This document shows positions 1 through 10,491 of a stretch of DNA of 45,163 nucleotides, piece by piece. Source of the DNA: Synechococcus sp. (lineage in GTDB: Bacteria > Cyanobacteriota > Cyanobacteriia > Thermostichales > PCC-7336). The notes beneath the pieces are model-generated. The model worked only from the letters and a program-made list of their open reading frames with translations, ran no database searches and was not told where the DNA came from. Numbering within the stretch: the stretch's first letter is position 1; each line of letters opens with the position of its first letter. Location of the stretch: assembly GCA_051439605.1 (NCBI GenBank), contig JBFRWN010000112.1, positions 1-45,163 on the forward strand, given 5' to 3'. A program made the translations under genes and the position numbers.

Positions 1-123
1 TTACTCGCCTGATGCTGGATTGGCATTACCAACGCATACTCCGCTTGGAGGAGCGTCAAGACTCTCTTCATTCCTTTGACCTCTCCTTTCGAGGTACCTC
101 CTGAGGCAGGTGCAAAATGTCAG
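1..123 (+). mobile_element. Probable right end of an insertion sequence (family unresolved) that truncates the relaxase
   Basis: An open frame from the window edge (TRLMLDWHYQRILRLEE...GTS) stops at TGA 102-104 and is followed by GGTGCAAAATGTCAG (109-123). The terminal TCA of that sequence supplies the relaxase stop codon in mid-domain. IS identity is inferred. Confidence 0.45.
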
Positions 124-2051
124 TTAATCTCCAACCGCTCCCGATTTGTGCCCGCCAGCACGAGCGTTCTATCCCGTTCTTCGGGTGAGAGAGCTAAATA
201 GTCCTCCACCAACCGGGCTTGCCGTTCGGATTCGTCGGCGATCGCCTCTATGCAGCCTGCCTGCTGCAACTGCTCGATCCCTTCTCTCACGCGACCTCTA
301 GAAATCAGCCTCACTGCCCGTTGCAGTTCGGGAGTGCGCTGCCGCCTCGACTCGTCCAAATAAGCCGTGCGCATCCCCGCTTGCTGCAAGCTCTTGAACG
401 GATTGCCCGCCTCCACCGCCGACAGCTGCCGAGTATCCCCCACCAAAATCACCCGAGCTCCTTCCCATTCTGCCCGCGCCAACAAAGCTCGAGCATCCTT
501 AGCACTCAGCAACCCGGCTTCGTCCACTACCCAGACCTCCTTCGAGTTCGGGCGATCTGACAGTGGCGAAAACAGCAGACTGGCCACAGTCGAACTGGAG
601 ATGCCCACTTCTTCTCCCAACACCTTGGCTGTCTCAGCACTCGGAGCAAACCCTTTCAGCACGTATCCCTGTCCTTCGGAGATCGCCTTGAACTCCTTCA
701 AAGCAAAAGTTTTTCCAGCCCCAGCCACCCCTTGCCAAGCCACGACGCGATCGCTGGCAGTTGCAGCCAATTCGATCCCCTCATGCTGTCCTGCAGTCAG
801 CCGTTTATCCTTGGGTGAGCGGGCTTCTCGTTCGTCCAGCAACCGAGCAACGTATCCCGGCTCGGCGATTGCCTCTACATGCTCTTGTCCCTGTTTCATC
901 AAGCGAATCGTAGATAGTTCCCGCTGCACCGCCTTCTCGGTGGTCACTTTGTCATCCAGGTAAATCAACTCCTCCGATTCGGCGATCTCTGTCTGCACTT
1001 GACCGAGAGAGAACTTGCCAATCTCGGAAAGAACAAACTGCTCGATACTTTCGGTCGGAAACGCCACCTCCCGTTCGGAACAATGTTCGATACCATCCGC
1101 GATCGCCCGTTTCAGCAGCTCGTCATTGCTTTCACCAAGCTGCGATCGCTCCTCCCGTTGCGGAAATTCAATGCCAATTGACTGCGCTTCCCGAAACCAG
1201 AAATCCTGCAGTTCCTGCCGTGAAACCGGCTCACCCTTCTTCGTCCGAGTTGCATCCCAAACCGATTCTCTCTCCGCCCAAGTGGAGTTCTCCCCGATAT
1301 GCTGCAGAATCTGCCGCCTCCGCTCGGAAAAGAACTCCAACTGCTCCCGACTGAAACCCGCAATCTCGAATTGCCCGTGGTCTCTGGGCTCGATCCGATA
1401 GCCCAACTGCTGCACCTGCCGAGCCAACTCGTTCTGATAGATTTGCCCCAACAGCTTGCGGTGCTTGTAAATGCGATCGTTGTGCAGGCTGTACCACCTG
1501 CCGTTCTCCAAGCGAGTCATGTTCAGCAGAACGCAGTGGGTGTGGAGGTGAGGGCCGAGTTCACGGCTGGTGTCGTGGTGAAACTGTCCCACTACCAAGT
1601 TTCCGGTGGTAACGACTCGACGGTCTTCCTCTGCCGACCCGAAGCGAACCCGCGTTTGGGCATAGCGCTGCTCGACAACCTTTAGCGTCCGCTCTACAGC
1701 AATGCGGTGAGCCTTCTCTAATTCACCATCGCCATAGGCAAGAGCCATAAGACTGACGCTCTTGGGAGCGGAAAACGTCAGGTCCAATCCCGCTCGTACC
1801 TGGGGCTGCTTTTTCCCCGGTGCGGCGGGTTGTTGCGATCGCCTGTGGGTGCGGAAGCGATCGCCAGAAGGTAGCACCCCTTTCAACAACTGCTCGAACA
1901 CTTCCGACTCAACTTGTCCTCGCAGTCCCAACTGCTTCGCCCCTTTTCCAAACCAGCGCGACTGTTCCTGCGAATGTTCGCTGGAATAGTAGTTTTCTGT
2001 CTTGTAGTAATGCGCCCCCATCCCGGGGGTGACATTCTTGGCAGTTAGCAC
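120..2051 (-). pseudogene. mobF: MobF/TrwC-family conjugative relaxase-helicase, C-terminally truncated
   Basis: Tyr pairs HYYKTENYY, DLTFSAPKSVS, HUH motif HHDTSRELGPHLHTH, helicase motifs GVAGAGKT, VVDEAGLL and LVGDTRQLSAVEAG. The ORF stops abruptly just after LVLAGTNRER, before the later helicase motifs. Confidence 0.9.
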
Positions 2052-2230
2052 GATTTTGAAAACCTATTGTCCAATCTGGAGTTCGAGCTTTTGCGTGACA
2101 ATACTTCAGGATTTATGAGTTTGAATCAATCGGTTTCATTATAAGAGATACAAGCAAAATATTGTGTAGCAGAAGTGCCCTTTCTGGGCGTACTGTGCGG
2201 GCGCAGCCTTCAGCCCTACGGGCGATTCAA
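2052..2230. promoter_or_regulatory. Candidate oriT / relaxase promoter region
   Basis: Non-coding DNA directly upstream of the relaxase. TATTGTGTAGC (2160-2170) loosely resembles MOBF nic sites and is followed by short GC-rich inverted repeats (GCCC-TTTCT-GGGC). Confidence 0.3.
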
Positions 2231-3214
2231 GCTAATAGATATCAAGTCTATTCAATGTTGTCACAAGTTACTCTAAATCGCTTTTAGACGCTTGAAGTCG
2301 TCAATTGTTGGCAACTCTTCTCTCTTCATGATACTGATTCTCATTTATATAGATTATTGCTTGGCAAAAGTCGTCAAGAAGTCGAAAAAGATAGCTATAA
2401 ATAGACCAGATTTGTCTTAAATCGCTTCTGGTTGAATCGAGAAGTTAAGTAAATCTATGCTGCACAAAAAGACTTCAGATTTCAAGCCTGTTTCACTGGC
2501 TATGCTGTTGGCAAGTGGCGCTTAATCGCTCGAAATTGTCACTTTCTGCCGACTTCCCATTTCGGCCCAATTTCGAGATTTTTATTGCTCTTATTGACAA
2601 CGGGTTGACCTGGAGACTGCCCGATGGACTTGATGCTGTCGAACGACCTGACTTTTCTCGTTATCTTTTGGCGAATGCAAGACTGCTCGCCTTTGGAGGG
2701 CTGAACCCCTCGTAGGCTCGTAGCCGATTCTCAAGAGACCGCTCTTATTGAGAATTGAGGCTGATTCCAGAACCCTTACACATAGGGGGCTGTAGGACTT
2801 AGCAGGAAAAGTCAGCTTCGACTCTGGTTTACACTCCAGGCGACTTTTCTCAATGAAATCAGCATTCTTTCCGTAGAGTTTGTGATCGTATCCTCAAACC
2901 ATTACGAGGTGGCTTGCTTTCGCCTGGTTTATTACCCAAAACTGGCCGATTTTAACCATGCCGAAAATGTCAATGCGATGCTCAATCGTCGTTGCACCTA
3001 ACTCAATTGTGCGTTTGCTTTAGTAACTCCTCCATAACTTTTTGGCCTTAAGTACATGCTCCTCTCACAACTCATCCTCGTAAATTTTGCGGGTGGAGTA
3101 TAATTGCAATCGAAGTATAGAGAAAAAATCTACTGTGCATCCTCCTTGTACTTAGGGGATTGCGGCATAAATTCATGAATATTTTACAGAATCATACTAT
3201 TTTCCCTAAAAACA

Positions 3215-3997
3215 TTGAAGCGTTTAACTTGGACAGTTCCACCTCATCCCCTAATAGCCCTAAAAGATGAGTTGGTCCATGTATGGATGTTTGAACTGGA
3301 TTGTAACCTCCAAATTATTGTCCACCTGAAGAAATTCCTCAACCAAATGGAACAGCAAAAAGTAGAAAGATTCTATTTTACTCGGGATCGAAATTCTTAC
3401 GTGGTGGCGAGGGGACTATTGCGCCTGATTTTAGGATTGTATCTGGACGAATCTCCCGCAAATGTGAAATTTGACTATGGCGCTCAAGGAAAACCGGCGC
3501 TTGCAGAACAGCACATTTCCTCAATAAAATTCAATCTTTCACATTCGAAAAACATTGCCTTGTTTGCATTTAGCTGTAATCGTGACCTAGGTGTTGATGT
3601 CGAATATCATCGCTACTTATCGGACTGGCATGGCATCGCCAAACACTTTTTCGCACCTAGCGAACAGTCAGCCCTGAATAAAATACCCCCAGAGCATCAG
3701 CAACATGCTTTTTTTGACTGCTGGACTCGAAAAGAAGCCTTTATCAAAGCTCTGGGCGGAGGATTAAGTATTCCTCTCGACCAATTTGAAGTCTCTCTTG
3801 CTCCCAACCAACCTGCAAGCTTACTAAGCGTCGAAGGAAAAACGGAGAACTCCAAGCGCTGGAGCATGGTAGGACTCGACACTCAATCTGATTATTCAGC
3901 AGCACTCGTAGTGGAAGGTCCACCCCCCAAAATTCATACTTGGCTGACTTCGATTGAGTCACTACTGAGTCACTACTTCCGAGATCTGAGTAATTAG
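3215..3997 (+). CDS. Sfp-type 4'-phosphopantetheinyl transferase
   Basis: Motifs GKP, FNLSHS, LGVDVE and FFDCWTRKEAFIKALG; TTG start is uncertain. Confidence 0.93.
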   Translation: MKRLTWTVPPHPLIALKDELVHVWMFELDCNLQIIVHLKKFLNQMEQQKVERFYFTRDRNSYVVARGLLRLILGLYLDESPANVKFDYGAQGKPALAEQHISSIKFNLSHSKNIALFAFSCNRDLGVDVEYHRYLSDWHGIAKHFFAPSEQSALNKIPPEHQQHAFFDCWTRKEAFIKALGGGLSIPLDQFEVSLAPNQPASLLSVEGKTENSKRWSMVGLDTQSDYSAALVVEGPPPKIHTWLTSIESLLSHYFRDLSN

Positions 3998-4170
3998 GGT
4001 TGGCTGATTAAGTTTCAATCTATTGCTATTACTAGCTTTCAAGGCCATGAGGCAGGGGGCAAGTGCAAGGGAAATTGAAATAATCGCCCAAAAGCCTAGC
4101 ACCATCCATTCGCCATATACCGACGCATACCCCCCGGTCAGTTATCTTTTGTAGATTTCTACCTGCCCTT

Positions 4171-4852
4171 TAGAACTAATTTGTAAATTAAATCTTATGC
4201 TGCCATTCTGCGAGTCATGAGGCGAATTAAGGTCCCAAAAATCATCGCTTCACTCATTTCTGTGTACAACTCATAATCCTTGCTCAGTCGGCGAAATCGG
4301 TTCAGCCAGCCGAAAGTACGTTCCACAATCTAACGCTTCGGCATCATCTTGAACTCTTTGGCAGGGCGCCCAATCACTTCCATTCGTACCTGCTCTCCAC
4401 ACACTTGCTTCACTGCCTGGGCTAAACCTGTCGCCTGAATATCCTTGGTCAACCCACACCACCTTTAACCTGGACAGCTTGTGCGCTTCCTCCCCAAGCC
4501 CACCACTGCCCCCAATCGTTCGGAAGCATTGGCCTCACTTACCAACACCCCAATCAACAGTCCCTGCGAATCTACGACGATATGGCGCTTACGTCCCTTA
4601 ACTTTCTTGCCACCATCAAAACCGTAGATCTCTCCCTTTTTTCCGTTGTTTTCACCGATTGAGAATCGGCGATAGCAACGGCGGAGTCTGCTTGACGACC
4701 CATGCTCAGCCTGAGCTGATGTCGCAATTCGTCGTAAATCTGTTGCCAGATCCCTTTGCACTGCCACTTGCGAAAATAGCCATAGACGGTGGCATTGGGC
4801 GGCAAATCATGCGGTAACATTTCCCACTGGCATCCCGAGCGCTGGACGTAGA
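4171..4852 (-). mobile_element. IS5-family (IS1031-like) transposase remnant, 5'-truncated and inactivated
   Basis: Fragments YVQRSGCQWEMLPHDLP, DSQSVKTTEK, GFDGGKKVKGRKRHIVVDSQG, VWVDQGY and [11 protein letters not shown] (TGG to TAG at 4330-4332). A6G slippery site at 4634-4642, extra frameshifts, stop at 4195. Confidence 0.88.
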
Positions 4853-4903
4853 TATCTGCCCAAGTCCTCGCTCTATGTGTCTATCTAGAGCTTCTAGACA
4901 AAT

Positions 4904-5689
4904 TCAACCAGGAGGCAACCCCTCAACCAGTTGGAAGATAACGGAGCTAGTGATATCCTCAGCATCTTGAACTAGGGCAACCAGCTCGGTGGTCTGAGCC
5001 CAATAAATTGCTGTATCTGGTGCCGAGGTGCCCAGGTTGTAGGGGCCAACCGTAAATTGATATCGATCCTGACTGCCTGCTAAATACAACGTGTCTTCGC
5101 CGACTGTGAAATCGGTGATGCGGGCGTGTCCGTCGATGCTAGATGAAGATTGGGGACCATCCAGATAGAACACTGTGTCGTCGATGCCAAGGACAAAAGC
5201 ATCCTCACCAGCCCCGCCAGTTAAAACATCGATCTCGCCAATGCCGGGTTGCTCTGCCGACTGCTCGACACCAGTAAGAGAATCGTTGCCATCTTCACCA
5301 TTGAGCCAATCATTCCCACTACCCCCATGGAGGTCATCTTGACCGATACCGCTGACCAGATAATCGTTACCATCTTGTCCGTAAAGGAGATCGTCGTCAG
5401 ATAGACCGTAGATATCGATGTTGTACCCGCTATCAAGTTGGTCGTCGCCGTCACCACCATACAGTTCATCGTCGCCTGTGCTGCCGATGAGAACGTCATT
5501 ATCGGGACCGCCCTCAAGTATGTCGTTACCGAAACCGCCGTCAATGCGATCTTGTCCTTCCCGACCACTCAAACTGTCACTTTGAAAGTTGCCGGCCAGC
5601 GTGTCGTTGCCATCGCTGGCCGCAATCCTATCGACAGATGGGGTGCCGGGGAAAAAATTGGCAGAAGGTGGAACAGATGGAATAGCCAT
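4904..5689 (-). CDS. RTX / hemolysin-type Ca2+-binding repeat protein
   Basis: Many GGxGxDxL nonapeptides (GGFGNDIL, GGDGDDQL, GGSGNDWL), then EIDVLTGGAGEDAFVLG...ARITDFTVGED. ATG at 5689 is preferred over the ORF-track start at 5806. Confidence 0.85.
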   Translation of the reverse strand: MAIPSVPPSANFFPGTPSVDRIAASDGNDTLAGNFQSDSLSGREGQDRIDGGFGNDILEGGPDNDVLIGSTGDDELYGGDGDDQLDSGYNIDIYGLSDDDLLYGQDGNDYLVSGIGQDDLHGGSGNDWLNGEDGNDSLTGVEQSAEQPGIGEIDVLTGGAGEDAFVLGIDDTVFYLDGPQSSSSIDGHARITDFTVGEDTLYLAGSQDRYQFTVGPYNLGTSAPDTAIYWAQTTELVALVQDAEDITSSVIFQLVEGLPPG

Positions 5690-5893
5690 ATAACTTCTCA
5701 AGCCTCTAGCAACAATTTGAGAGACATACTCTGGTAATTGGGGAAAGTCAGAGGAGATTGCTGATGAATAATCAATTCTATACATGTGATACTCACTCAA
5801 TCCCAAATATAAGGAAGACAGTCGGTTACTAGCAGGCGCTAGCGATATTAAAACTGGGTCAAACTACTAATTTCTACAATTTCTAACTTCAAT

Positions 5894-7036
5894 CTAGCTG
5901 TGTTTGAGTTGCTTGTCTGTAAAGCCTATAACCAAGTCAATGGTGAAATCGTAGTTGTCGAAAATAAAGGAAAAGTCTGTACTGATTTGCTCGGATATCA
6001 GACCAAATTCGTCTAGCTGATTTACACGATGCTTGCGTTGGTAGTGCTTCTGAGATTCTGCCCGATCTGAAACTAGCGCTTTGAGGCGATTGCTCGGAGA
6101 TAGATCGGCAAATTTAATAATACTGTCGAAGACAGTTTGTAAGGAGGATCGCAACTCACCATACTGCACGATCTTAGTGTTTCTCTGCGTAATCTCTTGG
6201 CGTTCATTGAGCATATGGAAATAGCGATAGAGATCAATATCGTAGCGATAGCGGCGATGATAGTAGCGCTTAAGGATTTGAGGCGAAATCTGCTCAATCC
6301 CAGCCTTATTTTGGAGTGCAATGCGATCTAAGGAGAGGTGAGACGGAATTGTTTCGTGGGGCGATCGCAGAATATAAATGAATTTCGCGTCGGGAAAGAC
6401 GTCGAGCAAAGTTTTAATTCGGTGGGTGGAATAATGCGCTTGGGCGATCGCCCGACTGGTACCAGTGTAGTAAAGATGACGCTGAAGGCAGGCTTTGTAA
6501 AACTTGACCGATGCGTGACGACGAGCAGAGGATTGTCGGTCGTGGAATCTGAGTTCGGGGTACTCGCGGTCGTCAAACGCTAACGGCGACAGTAGGAGTA
6601 AAAATTGGGTATCGAGACGATAGAGAAATAGAAACTCGTCGTGTTCGATGCCATTAAGGTACAAACCGTGACCGCTTTCTTCGGGCATGATGGTGGTGCG
6701 ATTGGTGCGAATGAGCCAATTAATAATCGGCTTGATAAAGGCCCTAGCCGTAAGGGACGGAAATAATAAATGCCAGGTTTGAAAGGCAGCATACTCCTCA
6801 GTCTGCGTTAGCAGCCTGTGTAAGAAACTAGTTCCGCTTCTTGGATTACCAATGATGAATACTGGATTGTCGATTGGCTGCTGGCGATACTGTGGGAAAA
6901 ACAGGTTGTCTAACAGTAATGTGCAGCGAGTGAATCCGAGAAATACTGGCACCCCGATGAGCCATTGCAGCAACGTCCAACTGACCCCGTAGATTTTCCA
7001 ACATGCTTGCAGGATGTGGAAGTAGGTGGTGAGCAT
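5894..7036 (-). CDS. PAPS-dependent sulfotransferase (Sulfotransfer_3-like) with hydrophobic N-terminus
   Basis: 5'-PSB loop PVFIIGNPRSGTSFLHRLL and 3'-PB motif YILRSPHETIPS; ATG 7036 preceded by a GAGGA RBS. Confidence 0.9.
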   Translation of the reverse strand: MLTTYFHILQACWKIYGVSWTLLQWLIGVPVFLGFTRCTLLLDNLFFPQYRQQPIDNPVFIIGNPRSGTSFLHRLLTQTEEYAAFQTWHLLFPSLTARAFIKPIINWLIRTNRTTIMPEESGHGLYLNGIEHDEFLFLYRLDTQFLLLLSPLAFDDREYPELRFHDRQSSARRHASVKFYKACLQRHLYYTGTSRAIAQAHYSTHRIKTLLDVFPDAKFIYILRSPHETIPSHLSLDRIALQNKAGIEQISPQILKRYYHRRYRYDIDLYRYFHMLNERQEITQRNTKIVQYGELRSSLQTVFDSIIKFADLSPSNRLKALVSDRAESQKHYQRKHRVNQLDEFGLISEQISTDFSFIFDNYDFTIDLVIGFTDKQLKHS

Positions 7037-7141
7037 AACGATCCTCGAAAAACAGTAGTTGAGGGGTTGGTGTGCAAGGCTGAGCAAGTTTGGGGGGAAG
7101 ATTGATTGTCAACAGCAAGAAATTCTTTGTCACTGAGAACT

Positions 7142-8164
7142 TCATGACTCAGGCAATTCTGGAACGCGGCGAAGGTGAGGATGGAGTTGTCTTTGGAGTC
7201 GCAGCGAGCCGATATAGACCATGGCCGAGAATAGCGAGAGGCCAACAAGAAACACTGCAACTGAGAACCAGCCCAATTGAGGGGTAATTGGCAGGATCAG
7301 CAGCGCGACAGCAAACTGAATGACAATCGAGGTGAGTAACAACCTAACGACAAACATCTGGGAGCGGGTGGCAATGAAGCGGGCTCCCAAAGGAGCACCC
7401 ACCACCACCACTGGAATAGATACCCACCAGTAATTCCAGGTTTCGGGGGCAATGGAGGTTGAGCTGATGCCCAGCCGCCAAGCAAAACCAACCATGGCGT
7501 TGCCTGCCATAAGGATGACCGAGGTTGGCGTTGCTACCGTTTCGTCAATACGAAAGGCGAGCACCAGCAGGGAAAACGTGACAATATCGAGGCCACTTCC
7601 TGTTATGCCGCTGACCGAACCGCCGATGACGCCGATGCCAGCAAACAAAGCCGCATCCCAGCGCTCGAATGTATCGATTTGGCGATTAAGGGTTCGTTGG
7701 CGATCGCGATTCATCCACAGTAGCGCCACACCAAAGCTGAGCCAGAGGGTCACAAAGAATAATTTTGTCGCCACCGGCGGTAGGTTGGGAGCCAGGAGTT
7801 CGATGCCGATGCCGACGCCACATATCCCGCCCAGACTGGAAAAAAGCAATGCCCGTGGCTCGATGGGAATGCCACGCCAGAGAATAGCGATCGCCGCTGC
7901 GCTCATGCCCACGGACTGAATCATGAGCGAGAAATCTCGGGCCACTGCGGGGGGAATGTCGAATAGCAATGTCATCACCGGGAAGGCAACCGCTCCACCG
8001 CCCTCACTAGTGGACCCGGCGATAAACGAACCCACCGCCATCGTGACGGACATAAACCAGTTGTCGACAAACAGATGCCAGCGATGTCCGGCAGTCACGA
8101 ACACTAGCCAGATCGTCCAGACGGTAACGGGTACACACCAATCGCGAACGGGAATGTTTTTCAC
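7142..8164 (-). CDS. TauE/SafE-family (sulfite/organosulfur) membrane transporter
   Basis: Polytopic hydrophobic protein with the internally repeated GSFIAGSTSEGGGAVAFP and GGSVSGITGSGLD motifs. Confidence 0.82.
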   Translation of the reverse strand: MKNIPVRDWCVPVTVWTIWLVFVTAGHRWHLFVDNWFMSVTMAVGSFIAGSTSEGGGAVAFPVMTLLFDIPPAVARDFSLMIQSVGMSAAAIAILWRGIPIEPRALLFSSLGGICGVGIGIELLAPNLPPVATKLFFVTLWLSFGVALLWMNRDRQRTLNRQIDTFERWDAALFAGIGVIGGSVSGITGSGLDIVTFSLLVLAFRIDETVATPTSVILMAGNAMVGFAWRLGISSTSIAPETWNYWWVSIPVVVVGAPLGARFIATRSQMFVVRLLLTSIVIQFAVALLILPITPQLGWFSVAVFLVGLSLFSAMVYIGSLRLQRQLHPHLRRVPELPES

Positions 8165-8218
8165 GGGAGTAGGGGTGGTAATGGACGGCTTTGAGAACAG
8201 ATCGACATTCGCCCCGGC

Positions 8219-9838
8219 TCAAAAATCGAGTTCGGGCTCGAGCGCCGCACAGCCTGGCAGGTGAGACAACCCTTTGAGCAGGGGATATCCGATCAGACCT
8301 CCCACACCCCAGACCAGTTGGAACAGCACGAAAAGAGAGGTTTCCGCCGGAGTTTTTAGCTTGTGGAGATGCAAGCCTTCGCGGGCGATGATATCTGGAG
8401 CGGCGGGATCGGCATAGGGACCGCTCAGCCGGAAATGAGGAGCTGCCACGGTGCCAAAAAGCACGCTCCACAACACTCTGGGCTTCAATAGCAGGTGACG
8501 CAGTACCGGACGGCAGCCGATCAGGTCGGCCAGCTCGTACATGTAGGGAACGAACGAGACGATGGATGAGACGCGATCGCACACGAGGGGTTTGAGTTGA
8601 GCGGTTCTGGCAGCATCGCGTGCGATGGCTGTCTGGAGGCGATCGCCCTCAGGTAAGCGCAACCGACCGCTGGCTACTCCGGCAAAATAGCGAGCTTGCA
8701 GTTCAGTTACTGGAGGCATCGCACCGATGTTGGGACGGGCGAAACCGACGAAGCCCATGTTGGGCAGGTCGGGGTGAAACACCTTTTTGTAGAGCTTGCC
8801 CCAGTCCCAACCGCGGCTCTCGATGGGAAGAAACGGGAAATAGACTTTGAAACCACTGGAGAAAATTACTGCGTCAGCCTTAGCTTCGCTGCCGTCTGTA
8901 AAGATGACGCCGGTCGGCGTACATTCCCGAATACCCGGTTTCAGCGTCACGTTGGGCTTGGTCAGGGTGGAAGTGAATACATCGGATTTCGTGATGAACT
9001 GCTGATGATAGCTACCGCCAGACAGTTCGATAAGATGTTGGCGCATTTGCCAAGCCGCTTTGTTGCGGTTGATGGCCGTAAACATCTGCTGAATGGCAGT
9101 TTCGATGCGGTAGTAAAAAACGGGCGGCAGGTGATAGGTGGCTCGATGGTGGAAGTAATCGCCCGGTAACGTCATGGTGTCGTCGAGCTTGGGCATGACG
9201 AACACCCCGCGTCTGAGGCTGAGTGTGGCAGTTGTTGCCACTTGAGAGACCTCGTGCAAAATATCTCCGCCACTTTCGCCACCGCCAACAACCACAACGT
9301 GTTTATCTCGATAGGGAGAGTTATCCTTGTACGACGACGAATGCACGAAATCCCCCTGAAAGCACTCGGCCCCGGGAATTGTCGGCAGGTTTCGTTCTTC
9401 GTTGAGGCCGGTGCAAACTGCCACAGCGTCGACGGTTTGACGAACAATGTGGCCTGACTGATTGAGCTGAAGCAGCCAGCGATTGCCCGTTCGCTCGATT
9501 GATTCGACTGCGGTGTTGAACTGAATGTGGCGCTTGAGATCGAAATGCTGAGCATACGCCAATAGATAGTCGAGGTACTGGCTGTGTTTGACAAAGTGAG
9601 GGTAATCCTCGGGTATGGGGAAGTCGGAAAAGGCGGTGAGGTATTTCGACGAGGTCAGTTCGGTGTTGCGAAATACGCTGATGCCGTTTTCTCTAAACTG
9701 CCAATTGCCGCCGATGGCATCAGACTGTTCGAAGGCCTGCACGTTCAGTCCTTCCTCTAAGCACGACTTAATGGTCGCGAGGCCCGCGAGACCGGCACCG
9801 ATAACAGCAACTGTTTTTTGAGGGGAAGTGGCTTGCAT
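8219..9838 (-). CDS. Class B flavin-containing monooxygenase (FMO-like)
   Basis: FAD-binding GAGLAG, FMO fingerprint FQGDFVHSSSY, NADPH-binding GGGESG, hydrophobic C-terminal helix. ATG 9838 avoids overlap with the upstream gene. Confidence 0.9.
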   Translation of the reverse strand: MQATSPQKTVAVIGAGLAGLATIKSCLEEGLNVQAFEQSDAIGGNWQFRENGISVFRNTELTSSKYLTAFSDFPIPEDYPHFVKHSQYLDYLLAYAQHFDLKRHIQFNTAVESIERTGNRWLLQLNQSGHIVRQTVDAVAVCTGLNEERNLPTIPGAECFQGDFVHSSSYKDNSPYRDKHVVVVGGGESGGDILHEVSQVATTATLSLRRGVFVMPKLDDTMTLPGDYFHHRATYHLPPVFYYRIETAIQQMFTAINRNKAAWQMRQHLIELSGGSYHQQFITKSDVFTSTLTKPNVTLKPGIRECTPTGVIFTDGSEAKADAVIFSSGFKVYFPFLPIESRGWDWGKLYKKVFHPDLPNMGFVGFARPNIGAMPPVTELQARYFAGVASGRLRLPEGDRLQTAIARDAARTAQLKPLVCDRVSSIVSFVPYMYELADLIGCRPVLRHLLLKPRVLWSVLFGTVAAPHFRLSGPYADPAAPDIIAREGLHLHKLKTPAETSLFVLFQLVWGVGGLIGYPLLKGLSHLPGCAALEPELDF

Positions 9839-9881
9839 GAGGATTAAACCCGGAAGACCCAGGGAGCTAAGACTCTGAGGA

Positions 9882-10484
9882 TTACGACTCTGAAGATACG
9901 GACAGTGAGAACCAGCCAAGGCGAGGCATGAGGCAAGGGCGATCGCCTAGAGCCGTGGCGTAGTTGGTGTCGGCACGTAAGGCTCGTTCTTCAGCAGGAA
10001 TGCGCTGACTCATCAGCCAGGCGTTGGCGAGGGTAAAGATAATCGCCGTCAGATAGGCGGTGTGAATCAGAGGCAGAGCAGCGATTTCGAGAATGACTCC
10101 CAACCAGTTTGGATGCCGCAGGTAGCGGTAAATGCCGGTGTTGACTGCTGAAGAATTGGGGATTGTAGTGATGGTGAGCGTCCAGCGATCTTTGAGCGCT
10201 CGCATAGAGAGATAGCGCAGCAGTTGACCGGCCAGTAAGAGAACGAAGGCGATCGCCCCCAAAGCTGGAATAAAGGGACGGTCGAGCACCCACACTTCAG
10301 CCAGCATGGCAATCCACCAACTGGTTTGCAGCAGCTTGACTGCCGGCAGCCAGTTATCCCCATGCTCTCGTGCTCTTTGGCTGAGCAATTTGGAAAGATG
10401 ACGCTGACTGATTCCCATCTCGACCAGTCGCTGCCCGATCACGGCAACGACGATACCTGTAAAAAGGACCTGAGTGGACATCAC
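9882..10484 (-). CDS. Isoprenylcysteine carboxyl methyltransferase-family membrane methyltransferase (SrsB/BpsB-like)
   Basis: QRLVEM, GIYRYLRHPNW and RIPAEERAL motifs; lies directly downstream of a type III PKS, as srsB and bpsB do. Confidence 0.88.
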   Translation of the reverse strand: MMSTQVLFTGIVVAVIGQRLVEMGISQRHLSKLLSQRAREHGDNWLPAVKLLQTSWWIAMLAEVWVLDRPFIPALGAIAFVLLLAGQLLRYLSMRALKDRWTLTITTIPNSSAVNTGIYRYLRHPNWLGVILEIAALPLIHTAYLTAIIFTLANAWLMSQRIPAEERALRADTNYATALGDRPCLMPRLGWFSLSVSSES

Positions 10485-10491
10485 GCACCGC

